DNA of 64,000 bases from Candidatus Eiseniibacteriota bacterium. GTDB lineage: Bacteria; Eisenbacteria; RBG-16-71-46. A model generated the notes under the pieces. It was not told the origin of the DNA, made no database searches, and saw only the letters and a list, made by a program, of their open reading frames with translations. Positions within the stretch are counted from its first letter, which is position 1. Every line of letters begins with the position of its first letter. Where the stretch lies: NCBI GenBank assembly GCA_044223005.1, contig JBGAML010000002.1, positions 266,457-330,456 on the forward strand, given 5' to 3'. The translations under genes and the position numbers were made by a program. Shown piece after piece: positions 1-8,618 of the stretch.

Positions 1-79
1 CGGCGCCGGCGACACCACCCGCGAGCACACCTGCGGTGCCGATCGTCACGGTCTTCAGGAAATCGCGTCGCGTGGTCAT
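1..79 (-). CDS. 5' end of a Tat-signal (twin-arginine) exported protein; the gene continues off the left edge of the window
   Basis: Reverse-complementing 1..79 gives ATG at 79 and the peptide MTTRRDFLKTVTIGTAGVLAGGVAGA, a classic TRRDFLK twin-arginine motif followed by a hydrophobic h-region. An AGGAG Shine-Dalgarno sits 5 nt upstream. Confidence 0.45.
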   Translation of the reverse strand, partial: MTTRRDFLKTVTIGTAGVLAGGVAGA

Positions 80-223
80 CCGGGACTCCTTTCGAGAGGT
101 CGGCCGTGTGAGACCGGAAACTAGCACGCGCGGCCAACCCGCTCGTAAACGCGACGAGCGGCCGCTCGCGCGGCCGCCCGTTCGCGGCTTCCGGCGCCCC
201 CGCGCCGTGCCCTTCCGGTTCCG

Positions 224-2980
224 TCAGCGCGCCAGCGCCAGGCGCTTCGCGCCGATCATGCGGCCGTCCACGACCACGCGCACGAAGTAGAGCCCGGCGC
301 GTGCCGTGGCGCCGCCGTCGTCGTTCGCGTCCCACGTCGCCGTGTGCCGGCCGCCGGAGAGCCGTCCGAGCGCGAGTGAGCGCACGCGCCGCCCGAGCAG
401 GTCGAGCACGTCGACGCGCACGTCGGCGTCGCGCGCGAGCGCGAAGCCGAGCGTCGCGGTGCCGCGCGAGGGGTTCGGGCCGAGCGCGTCGAACACCGGC
501 GCGTGCGGCCCCGGACCGTCGCCGACGCCGGCGCCGGCGACCGTCAGGCTCGCCGTCGTGCTCGTGTCGTTGCCACAGGCGCTCGAGACCACCATGTGGT
601 AGTCGCCCGAGTCGTACGACGTCAGGTTCGAGATCACCAGGTTCGGCGTACTCGATCCACCGATCGCCGAGCCGCTGAACGTGGCGCCGTCGGCGAGCGC
701 CGTGTTGCCGTGGTACCACTGGTACGCGAGTCCGGAGTAGCCGCTGGCCGCCGACGCGGAGAACGAGAGGGTCGCGCCGGGTCCCGCGCTCTGGGACGTG
801 GGCTGCTGCACGAGGAACGGCGTGCCGGTTTCACTGAATCGTGCCCAGTTCACGCGCCACATTCCCCCGGCGACGAGGAACTGGCCTCCCGCCTGCACCT
901 CGCCGTTGCTCGTCGTGAGCGCGAATACGGTGCCGTCGACCCCGGCGTCGGGCTGCTGCCAGCTGCCGTCGTACCAGGCGATGTGCGCCGCCGGGATGCC
1001 GCCCGCCGTGGTGAACTCACCGCCCACGTAGAGCCGCGTGCCCGTCGAAACCAGCGCGTGCACGCGCGCGTTCGTACCGCCCGTCGCATAGGTGCCGTAG
1101 CTCGTCCCGGTGTAGTAGGCGAGGTTTGGCGAGCTGTTGATGCCCGCGAACAGGCCGCCGATCGCCAGCGCACCGTTGTGGATCTCGAGCGCGAACACCT
1201 GGCCGATGAAGTTGCCGCCGCACGCGCTCCAGCTGGTCCCGTTCCAGCGTGCGAAGCCGCCGGTGGTGATGCCGCCCGCGGTGGTGAAGTCGCCGCCTGC
1301 GTACAGGTACCCGCCGAAGCTGCGCAACGCGCGCACGGTGCCGTTCATGCCGCCGCCGACGGGCTCCCATGCGCTGGTCGTCGTGTTCCAGCGCGCGACG
1401 TAGCTGGTCGTGACGCCCGAAGCCGTGAACGCACCGCCCGCGTAGGTGGCGTTGTTGAAGCGCTCGATCGCGTAGACGTCGGAGTTGAAACCCGCGCCCA
1501 TCGCCTGCCACGCCGGCGGCGGGAATCCCGAGACGGGATCCGTGACGTAGCGCGCGATCCGTGACGCCGGAACGCTGCCCGCCGTGCCGAAGTGTCCGCC
1601 GGCCACGAGCTCGTACTTGCCGGAGATGCCGGGGTTCTTGAACGAGCAGAGGGCGGACACCGATCCGTCGACCCCCGTGTCGTACGCCGAGAGACTCGAG
1701 CCGTCCCAGCCGGCGACGTTCTGCACGGCCGCGTTGCCGAGCAGCGACTGGGTGAAGCTGCCACCGGCGACCGTGCGCCCGAGATGGTTCGTCAGCGCGT
1801 AGACCGCGGACGAGTGACCGCCGCCGAACGCGGACCAGCTGCTGCCGTTCCAGTGCGCGAGGTGGCTCGCCGACCAGCCCTCGGCGTAGCCGAACGAGCC
1901 GCCGACGATCAGTTCGCCGTCCCAGGGATAGATCGCGCCCGGCTGCGCGAAGTAGTCGAGCCCCGAGCCCAGCGGGGACCACGAGGTGCCGCTCCAGGCC
2001 CAGATGTACTGCCCGCCGTCGTCGCCCGAGGCGATCAGCGAGCCGTTGTAGTAGCCGAGTGCCTCCACCGATCCCGGGAGGATGCCGTTGGGCCGGCTGA
2101 AGGCCGAGCCGTTCCACTTCGTGATGTACCGCATCTGCGGGGTGACGTTGTTGATCGTCAAGAACCGTCCGCCGATGTAGAGCTCGCCGAGGTAGGGCTG
2201 CAACGACGTGACGGGGGCGCTCGGCTCCGCGCCCGCGAGCGACGACCAGGTCGATCCATTCCAGGTCGCGAGGTACTGCGCGGGCCCGCCGTCCGCGATC
2301 GTGAAGTCCCCGCCGACATAGAGCTGGCCGCCGTACTGGGCGATGCAGGAGACGCTGTGGTAGCACGGGTAGATGCTGCAGCCCACGCCACTTCCGAGCG
2401 GCTGGAACCCGTTCGCATCGCTGGTCCAACTCGCGACGCGCTGGAGGGGGTGGACGCCGTCGGCGTCGGCCGTGAACGAACCCGCGAGGATCAGTTGGCT
2501 GTTCCAGACGGTCATGGCCTTGACGATTCCGTTCACGCCGTTCGGAAAGTAGCTGTTGCCGAGCGGCTTCCAGGTGCCCCCGTCGTAGCGCGCGACGTTG
2601 CTCGTGGCGACGCCACCGGCATGCGTGAACGCGCCGCCCACGACCAGTTCGTCGTTGTAGACCGCGAGGCTGTAGATCGGGCCGTCGGTGCCGGCTCCGA
2701 GCGGCTGCCACTGGCCCGTGGCGGGATCGAGCAATGCGACGTGGCTGGCCGCCACGCCCTGGATCGACGTGAAGAATCCGGCGACGACCAGCATCTCGGG
2801 CCGGTTGTCCGGTGGGTCCCACGAGAGCACGGCCATGACGGTGTTGTTGGTGCCGTTCACGCCCGTTCCGTTGTCGAGCGGTCCCGCCAGCCAATCGGCG
2901 CACTGGGCCGAAACCCGTGCAGGGGAGAGCGGAACGAACAGGGCGAGCGCGGTGGCGATCGCGAGAAGCGTGGAGCGCAT
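224..2980 (-). CDS. Large secreted repeat (beta-propeller-like) protein with a C-terminal FlgD-Ig/T9SS-type sorting domain
   Basis: I chose the internal start MRSTLLAIATALALFVPLSPARVSA (signal peptide), which has a GGAGAG RBS. The body carries >12 degenerate ~55-aa repeats (GG.F......A.WNG..W). The C-terminus is PNPSRGTATLGFALARDADVRVDVLDLLGRRVRSL...GLYFVRV. It is a paralogue of the 41801..44551 gene, sharing the N-terminal QC..WL.GP.DNGT motif. Confidence 0.75.
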   Translation of the reverse strand: MRSTLLAIATALALFVPLSPARVSAQCADWLAGPLDNGTGVNGTNNTVMAVLSWDPPDNRPEMLVVAGFFTSIQGVAASHVALLDPATGQWQPLGAGTDGPIYSLAVYNDELVVGGAFTHAGGVATSNVARYDGGTWKPLGNSYFPNGVNGIVKAMTVWNSQLILAGSFTADADGVHPLQRVASWTSDANGFQPLGSGVGCSIYPCYHSVSCIAQYGGQLYVGGDFTIADGGPAQYLATWNGSTWSSLAGAEPSAPVTSLQPYLGELYIGGRFLTINNVTPQMRYITKWNGSAFSRPNGILPGSVEALGYYNGSLIASGDDGGQYIWAWSGTSWSPLGSGLDYFAQPGAIYPWDGELIVGGSFGYAEGWSASHLAHWNGSSWSAFGGGHSSAVYALTNHLGRTVAGGSFTQSLLGNAAVQNVAGWDGSSLSAYDTGVDGSVSALCSFKNPGISGKYELVAGGHFGTAGSVPASRIARYVTDPVSGFPPPAWQAMGAGFNSDVYAIERFNNATYAGGAFTASGVTTSYVARWNTTTSAWEPVGGGMNGTVRALRSFGGYLYAGGDFTTAGGITTGGFARWNGTSWSACGGNFIGQVFALEIHNGALAIGGLFAGINSSPNLAYYTGTSYGTYATGGTNARVHALVSTGTRLYVGGEFTTAGGIPAAHIAWYDGSWQQPDAGVDGTVFALTTSNGEVQAGGQFLVAGGMWRVNWARFSETGTPFLVQQPTSQSAGPGATLSFSASAASGYSGLAYQWYHGNTALADGATFSGSAIGGSSTPNLVISNLTSYDSGDYHMVVSSACGNDTSTTASLTVAGAGVGDGPGPHAPVFDALGPNPSRGTATLGFALARDADVRVDVLDLLGRRVRSLALGRLSGGRHTATWDANDDGGATARAGLYFVRVVVDGRMIGAKRLALAR

Positions 2981-3229
2981 GGGGCTCTCCTGCGGCGGAG
3001 ATGGAGTGGGCCGGGCGAACCCGGGGGGGGCGGCGATCGCGGCGGGGGGACCCTCGGCCACCCACCGCGCTGTCGGGTTCCTACGTTCGAGCCGCCCCGG
3101 GCGAACGAGCCCCGGATCCGCCCTTGGTCCCGCGCGTTGCCGGGTCTACGCTTCGAGTGTCGGTCGTCGTTTCGGCCGGGCGGGCCGATCCGCCCGGGTC
3201 GTGCGGTGCGCCGGCACCTCGGAGGTCGC

Positions 3230-4573
3230 ATGCGTTCCCCACACGCTCCCCGCGCGCGCGCCGTCGCGCTGCTCGTCGCCGTGCTGCTGGTGCCATCGCT
3301 CGCCGCCGCCTACACGCAGCCCGATCTCTCCGGGCCATGGCGTTCGCAGAGCATCGGATCCGGACCCGGTGCGCCGTGGTGGGAGCGCAGCCGCGCGATC
3401 ATCACGACGAGCGGGGGCCTCACGGTCTACGCCGTCGACAATCTCGGCGAGCTCGACACGCTCCAGGCCAGCATCTCGCTCGACCCGGCGGGTATCGTCA
3501 CGTTTCCCGGCGCGCCCGCCTTCCACGGGGCGCTCGACCTGGGCACGACGTTCTTCGTGGGCACCGACACCTGGACCGGCTGGGGCGCCGGCACCACGGA
3601 GCTCAAGACGGCGGTCAAGTCGCTCGGCGGGTACACCGTCGCGAACCTCGCGGGCGACTGGGAGGTGAACTCGATCGCCTCGGGTGCCGGTGCGCCGTGG
3701 TGGATGCGCGGCCGGATGTCGATCGCCTCGAACGGCGCACTCTCCGGCACGTTCACCGACAACACGGGAGCGAGTGATCCCGTCGGGGGCTCGCTCGGCG
3801 TGGCGGCCGACGGCGCCGTCTCGCTCTCGTTCGCGCCGCTCGCGCAGGGCTGGGTCGATGCGGGGCGCACCGTGATGGCTCTCACCAACACGTGGTCCGA
3901 CGGCACGCCCGGAACGGCCGAAATGGCGGTGCTGTTGCGCATGGCCTCCTCGTACGCGCCGAGCGATCTCGCGGGCACGTGGGAGCTGCATATCCTCGCC
4001 ACCGGTCCCGGGGCGCCGTGGTGGAGCCATGGACAGATCGTGATCGCGTCGAACGGCACCGCCAGCGGCACCATGTTCGAGAGCGACGGCAGCAGTCACC
4101 CGGTGAGCGGCACGTTCACGCTCGCGTCGAACGGCGTGCTCGCTCGCAGCGGCGCGCCCACCGCGCGCGGCGTGCTCGACGCCGGGCGCACCGTCATGGT
4201 GTGGACCGACACGTGGACGACCGGCGCTCCCGGCACGAGCGAGATGACGATCGGCGTGCGAATCGCGGGCGGCTCGACGGCGGGCGCGCCCGCCCCGGCC
4301 GCGTCCGCGTTCGCGCTCGAGCGCGTGCGGCCGAACCCGGCGCGGGGCCGCTCGCTCGACGTCGCGTTCACGCTCGCGGACGCCGGCGCGGCGCGGCTCG
4401 AGTTGCTGGACGTCGCGGGCCGCGTGCTGGCCGCGCGCGACGTGGGCGCGCTGGGATCGGGAGCGCACCGCGTCTCGCTCTCGCCGGCCGCACCCGTGCG
4501 ACCCGGCCTGTACTTCGTGCGCCTGCGCCAGGGTGCGAACACGCGGACCGAGCGGGTGACCGTGCTGGATTGA
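3230..4573 (+). CDS. Secreted protein with three internal ~100-aa repeats (SGPGAPWW motif) and a T9SS-type CTD
   Basis: ATG 3230 follows GGAGG. The signal peptide is MRSPHAPRARAVALLVAVLLVPSLAAA. There are three repeats, each beginning SxGSGPGAPWW...IASNG. The C-terminal RVRPNPARGRSLDVAFTL...GLYFVRL is the CTD. The upstream part of the long ORF 1592..4573 is antisense to the previous gene and I discarded it. Confidence 0.7.
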   Translation: MRSPHAPRARAVALLVAVLLVPSLAAAYTQPDLSGPWRSQSIGSGPGAPWWERSRAIITTSGGLTVYAVDNLGELDTLQASISLDPAGIVTFPGAPAFHGALDLGTTFFVGTDTWTGWGAGTTELKTAVKSLGGYTVANLAGDWEVNSIASGAGAPWWMRGRMSIASNGALSGTFTDNTGASDPVGGSLGVAADGAVSLSFAPLAQGWVDAGRTVMALTNTWSDGTPGTAEMAVLLRMASSYAPSDLAGTWELHILATGPGAPWWSHGQIVIASNGTASGTMFESDGSSHPVSGTFTLASNGVLARSGAPTARGVLDAGRTVMVWTDTWTTGAPGTSEMTIGVRIAGGSTAGAPAPAASAFALERVRPNPARGRSLDVAFTLADAGAARLELLDVAGRVLAARDVGALGSGAHRVSLSPAAPVRPGLYFVRLRQGANTRTERVTVLD

Positions 4574-4592
4574 CCGCTGCCGCGGTTCCGAC

Positions 4593-4620
4593 GGGCGCGG
4601 CCGGTCCACCGGCCGCGCCC
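4593..4620. terminator. Bidirectional intrinsic-terminator-like hairpin between convergent genes
   Basis: A perfect 12-bp stem GGGCGCGGCCGG / CCGGCCGCGCCC with a TCCA loop, followed by a T-containing tail. It lies between the stop of 3230..4573 (+) and the stop of 4830..5396 (-). Confidence 0.45.
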
Positions 4621-4829
4621 GTTCGTGTTCGTTCCGGGCGTCCGCGGCCGGATGCAGTGTCCGGGGGGGCGCTCCGTTCGCGTTCTCTTCACGGAAGCGC
4701 GCCCGGCTTCTCGGTGGGCGCGAGTCGTACCGGGGTCCCCTCGACCCCAGTGCCCACGGGGGCCTCGTGTTCGCCCGATCGCTGTTCGCCGCCATCGATT
4801 GCACGGGCTCCCGCCCGCGGACCGCGCCG

Positions 4830-5396
4830 TCAGGAGCCGGCGGGACCGTGCAGCGCCTGGTGCAGCAGCGCGCGGGCGAGACGCCAGTCGCGGCGCACCG
4901 TGCGGTCGCTGATCTCGAGCGTCTCGGCGATCTCCTCGTCGGTGAAGCCAGCGAAGTAGCGCATCTCGACGATGCGCGCGTAACGCTCGTTCACGACGGC
5001 GAGCTGCGCCATGGCCTGGTCCACGGCGAGCACCTGTTCGGGATCGCCTTGCGAGGCGCCCGCGTCGTCGTCGAGTTCGACCTGTTCGAGCCCGCCGCCG
5101 CGCTTCTGCGCGGCACGTCGGCGCGCGTGGTCGACCACGATCTGGCGCATGGCCATGGCGGCGACCGCGAAGAAGTGGCGGCGGTCCTGCCACTCGAGCG
5201 ACGTGCGGTCGAAGAGCTTGAGGTAGGTCTCGTGGACGAGCGCCGTGGTGTCGAGCGTCACGCCGCGCCGCGACGGGAGCCGGCGGCGCGCCATCGCGAG
5301 CAGTTCGCGATAGACGACCTGGAAGAGCTCCGCGCGGGCGGGCTCGCTGCCGCCGCGGACGTCGCGCAGGAGGGACGTGATGTCGTCGTTTGCCAT
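4830..5396 (-). CDS. ECF-family RNA polymerase sigma-70 factor (kinase-associated ECF type)
   Basis: Regions 2 and 4 are recognisable (LFQVVYRELLAMARRRL; FFAVAAMAMRQIVVDHARRR; ERYARIVEMRYFAGFTDEEIAETLEISDRTVRRDWRLARALL). I chose the start at MANDDITSLL. It lies divergent from the adjacent Ser/Thr kinase gene. Confidence 0.8.
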   Translation of the reverse strand: MANDDITSLLRDVRGGSEPARAELFQVVYRELLAMARRRLPSRRGVTLDTTALVHETYLKLFDRTSLEWQDRRHFFAVAAMAMRQIVVDHARRRAAQKRGGGLEQVELDDDAGASQGDPEQVLAVDQAMAQLAVVNERYARIVEMRYFAGFTDEEIAETLEISDRTVRRDWRLARALLHQALHGPAGS

Positions 5397-5593
5397 GAGT
5401 GCGCGGCCCGGTCCTCGCGAGAGCGTGCGGCGGCGTCGCGAGCCCGCGCGGCCGCCGGCCCGCGTACGCCCGCCGGCACCGTCGCCGGGGGCAGCGAGCA
5501 TGCGGCGAGCTTAGCACTCGCGTGCCGCCCGGATCGACGGACCTCTCGCCGCGCGCGGGGCGGCTCGGGCCCCATGCTAACCTCGACACGTTC

Positions 5594-8374
5594 ATGAGCC
5601 GCCCGCACGCACCCGATGCCGCCGCGTCCGGGAGTGGTTCGCTCCCCGATCCCTGGAGCCGTTTCATGTCCTTCGACGCGTCGCGTTGGCCGCAGGTCGA
5701 GCGCATCGCCGGTGAGGCGTTCGAGCTTCCCGCCGACCAGCGTCGCGCCTTCGCCGAGCGCGAGTGCGGCGCGGACGCCGCGCTGCTCGCCGACGTGCTC
5801 GCGATCCTCGCCGCCGATGCCACCGCCGACCCGGCGCTCGACGTGCCGGCGAGCGAGCAAGCGGCGAACTGGCTCGAGACCGAGGACCGCGACGCGGGTG
5901 CCGGGCTGATCGGCCGCACGCTCGGGCCGTACCGGCTGGTCGGCGTGATCGGCGAGGGCGGCATGGGGCTCGTCTACGACGCCGAGCGCGCGGACGGCCA
6001 GTTCGAGCAGCACGTCGCGATCAAGCTGCTCAAGTGGGCGGGTGCGACGCCGGAATCGCGCAGGCGGTTCCTGCGCGAGCGCCGGATCCTCGCGCAGCTC
6101 GAGCACCCGCACATCGCCCGGCTGATCGACGGTGGCGTCACCGAGGACGGCTCGCCCTGGTTCGCGATGGAGCGCGTGGTGCCGGGCACGCCGATCGACG
6201 CGTGGTGCCGCGAGCGCGCGCTCGACCTGCGCGGGCGGATCGCGCTGGTGCTGCAGGCGTGTGACGCGATCCAGGTCGCGCACGCCCGGCTCGTCGTCCA
6301 CCGGGACTTGAAGCCCAGCAACATCCTCGTCGACGGATCGGGCACGGTGAAGCTGCTCGACTTCGGCATCGCCAAGCTCGTCGAAGAGGACGACGAACAG
6401 GTGACGCACGCGCACGCGCGGCCCATGACGCCGGCCTACGCCTCGCCCGAACAGGTCGGCGGCGGAGAGATCACCACCGCGACCGACGTCTACTCGCTGG
6501 GCGTGGTGCTCTACGTGCTGCTCACGGGGCGCGCGCCGTACGAGAAGCCCGCGACCGGCGCGGGCTGGAGCCAGGCGATCCTCGAGAGCGAGCCCCGGCG
6601 CCCGAGCGCGAACGTGGACGACCGATCGATCGCCTCGCGGCTCACGGGCGACCTCGACCGCATCGTGCTCAAGGCGCTCGAGAAGTCGCCCGAGCGCCGC
6701 TACGCCTCCATGGAAGCGTTCGCCGACGACCTGCGCCGTCACCTCGCGGGCCTGCCCGTGCGCGCACACGAGCCTTCGGTGAGCTATCGCGTGCGGAAGT
6801 TCGTCGCGCGCAACCGGCTGCTCGTGGGCGGTATCGCCGCGACGATCGTCGCACTGGCGATCGGGCTCGGCACCACGCTCTGGCAGGCGCAGCGCGCGCG
6901 CGCCGAGGCGCATCGCGCGGAGGCGGTGCAGGAGTTCCTCGTCAGCGTCTTCCAGTCCTCGGACCCCGACCAGGGGCAGGGCGAGGAACTGACCGCGAAG
7001 GAGATCCTCGAGCGCGGCCGCGCCCGCATCGACCACGAGTTCGCGAGCGACCCGGATGTGCGCATCGCGCTCTGGGAAGTGCTCTCGGACCTCTACACGA
7101 CGATCGGCGACTACCCGTCGGCGCTCGAAGCCTCGCGGCGCCAGTCGTTCGCCGCGCTCGAACGCTACGGTCCGGCGTCGGCCGCCTACGCCCACGCGCG
7201 CCGGGGCATGGCGTCCAACTACCTCGACGTCGAGAAGACCGACTCGACCGTGCTCGTGCTCGCGGAGGCGATGCCAATCCTGCGGCGCACGGTGGGGGAG
7301 CGCAGCGACGACATGATCGAGGCGTACAACGCGCAGGCCGGCGCGGCGGTGGAGCACGGTGACCGCAACGGTGGCATCGTCGCGCAGCGGCGCGCACTCG
7401 CGATCGCACGCACGCTCTACGGCGCCGAATCCTCCGCCGCGGCGCGAATCGAAAACGACCTCAGCGTGTCGCTCGGCGACGCGCCCGAGGGCCTGGTGCT
7501 GGCGCAGCACGTCGAGCGCGTCTACCGGCGCGAGTACGGTGCGGTGTCGTACCTGCACGGCGTCGCGCTCTACAACGTGGGCAACCTGCTCTACGGCGCG
7601 GGCCGGTTCCCCGAAGCCGCCGCGGTGTTCGACTCGCTGTTGCCGATCCAGTTGAAGTTGCTGGGGCCGAAGCATCCCAAGACCGCGCTCACGTACCGCC
7701 AGCTCGCACGCCTGGCCGGCAGCTTCGGCGACTACGACCGGGCGCGCACGCTCATGCTCCAGGCCATCGAGGCGATCGATGCCAACGCGGGCCCCGCGTC
7801 CACCGGCGCGGCGCTCGCCCGCGGCCAGCTCGCGTACATCGAATGGCAGGCGGGCCGCTACGACGACGCGATCCGGCGGGGCCGCGACGCCGTCGACATC
7901 CTGAAGCGTCGCGGCGAGCGCAACGGCAACCTCGCGCTCGCGCTGACCGAACTCTCGCCCGGCTACCTCGGCCACGGTGACGCCGCGCTCGCACGCGCGA
8001 CGGCAGAGGAGGCGGTGCAACTCTCCGAGGGCGAGGACTCGCGCTTCCTCGGCAACGCGCTCCGGCTCGCCGGCGAGGCGCGGCTCGCGCTGGGCGATCG
8101 CGCGGGTGCCGCGACCGTGCTGCAGCGTTCGCTCGCGGCGCAGCGCGCCAACGGCCAGGACCGCATGGTGCCGTACGCCACCGCGATCGGCCTGCTCGCG
8201 CAGGCGCGCGAAGGCACGGCGCCGCGCGCCGAGTGCGACTCGCTTCATCGCGCGGCGCTCGCGCTCTTCGCGAAGATCGCGCCCGCGCAGCAGCGCGAAG
8301 CCGTCGACGCGCGCGCGGCCTACGAACGCTTCCGGCACGGCAGTGCGGGGCCGGGGGGCGGCTCCGCACGCTGA
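5594..8374 (+). CDS. Serine/threonine protein kinase with a transmembrane segment and a long C-terminal TPR region
   Basis: Kinase subdomains are present: GEGGMGLVYDA, VAIKLL, HRDLKPSNILVD, DFGIAKL, SPEQ. A TM helix LLVGGIAATIVALAIGLGTTLW follows, then ~500 aa of TPR-like repeats. An alternative start is MSFDASRW at 5666. Confidence 0.8.
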   Translation: MSRPHAPDAAASGSGSLPDPWSRFMSFDASRWPQVERIAGEAFELPADQRRAFAERECGADAALLADVLAILAADATADPALDVPASEQAANWLETEDRDAGAGLIGRTLGPYRLVGVIGEGGMGLVYDAERADGQFEQHVAIKLLKWAGATPESRRRFLRERRILAQLEHPHIARLIDGGVTEDGSPWFAMERVVPGTPIDAWCRERALDLRGRIALVLQACDAIQVAHARLVVHRDLKPSNILVDGSGTVKLLDFGIAKLVEEDDEQVTHAHARPMTPAYASPEQVGGGEITTATDVYSLGVVLYVLLTGRAPYEKPATGAGWSQAILESEPRRPSANVDDRSIASRLTGDLDRIVLKALEKSPERRYASMEAFADDLRRHLAGLPVRAHEPSVSYRVRKFVARNRLLVGGIAATIVALAIGLGTTLWQAQRARAEAHRAEAVQEFLVSVFQSSDPDQGQGEELTAKEILERGRARIDHEFASDPDVRIALWEVLSDLYTTIGDYPSALEASRRQSFAALERYGPASAAYAHARRGMASNYLDVEKTDSTVLVLAEAMPILRRTVGERSDDMIEAYNAQAGAAVEHGDRNGGIVAQRRALAIARTLYGAESSAAARIENDLSVSLGDAPEGLVLAQHVERVYRREYGAVSYLHGVALYNVGNLLYGAGRFPEAAAVFDSLLPIQLKLLGPKHPKTALTYRQLARLAGSFGDYDRARTLMLQAIEAIDANAGPASTGAALARGQLAYIEWQAGRYDDAIRRGRDAVDILKRRGERNGNLALALTELSPGYLGHGDAALARATAEEAVQLSEGEDSRFLGNALRLAGEARLALGDRAGAATVLQRSLAAQRANGQDRMVPYATAIGLLAQAREGTAPRAECDSLHRAALALFAKIAPAQQREAVDARAAYERFRHGSAGPGGGSAR

Positions 8375-8618
8375 TTCACTCCCGGCCGGACGCGCAGGTC
8401 GCCCGGCACGTTGCGGATTGCGGTGCCACTCCGCTTCCGGGCCACCGGACCACTCCCGAACCGCCTTTGCGGCAGCACGAGGGCGCGGTACGCTTACCGG
8501 AATCCAGTCGTACTTTCGGCCCCGTCCGCCATCGGTCGGGACGCCCCGACCCCGGGGCGCCCCCCCGGCGACCCCGCTGGTGAGCGGCGCGGAGCCTCCG
8601 ATCGAAAGGCCCTCATCC

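Noticed and set aside
1017-3065. 682-aa ORF on the minus strand (and the 5' two-thirds of ORF 1592..4573 on the plus strand) overlapping the 224..2980 gene
   Set aside because: These are alternative or antisense frames of a real secreted-protein gene in 70% GC DNA. The translations are Arg/Gly/Pro-rich low-complexity with no motifs, no signal peptide and no RBS. The genuine 3230..4573 gene begins only at the GGAGG-ATG at 3230.
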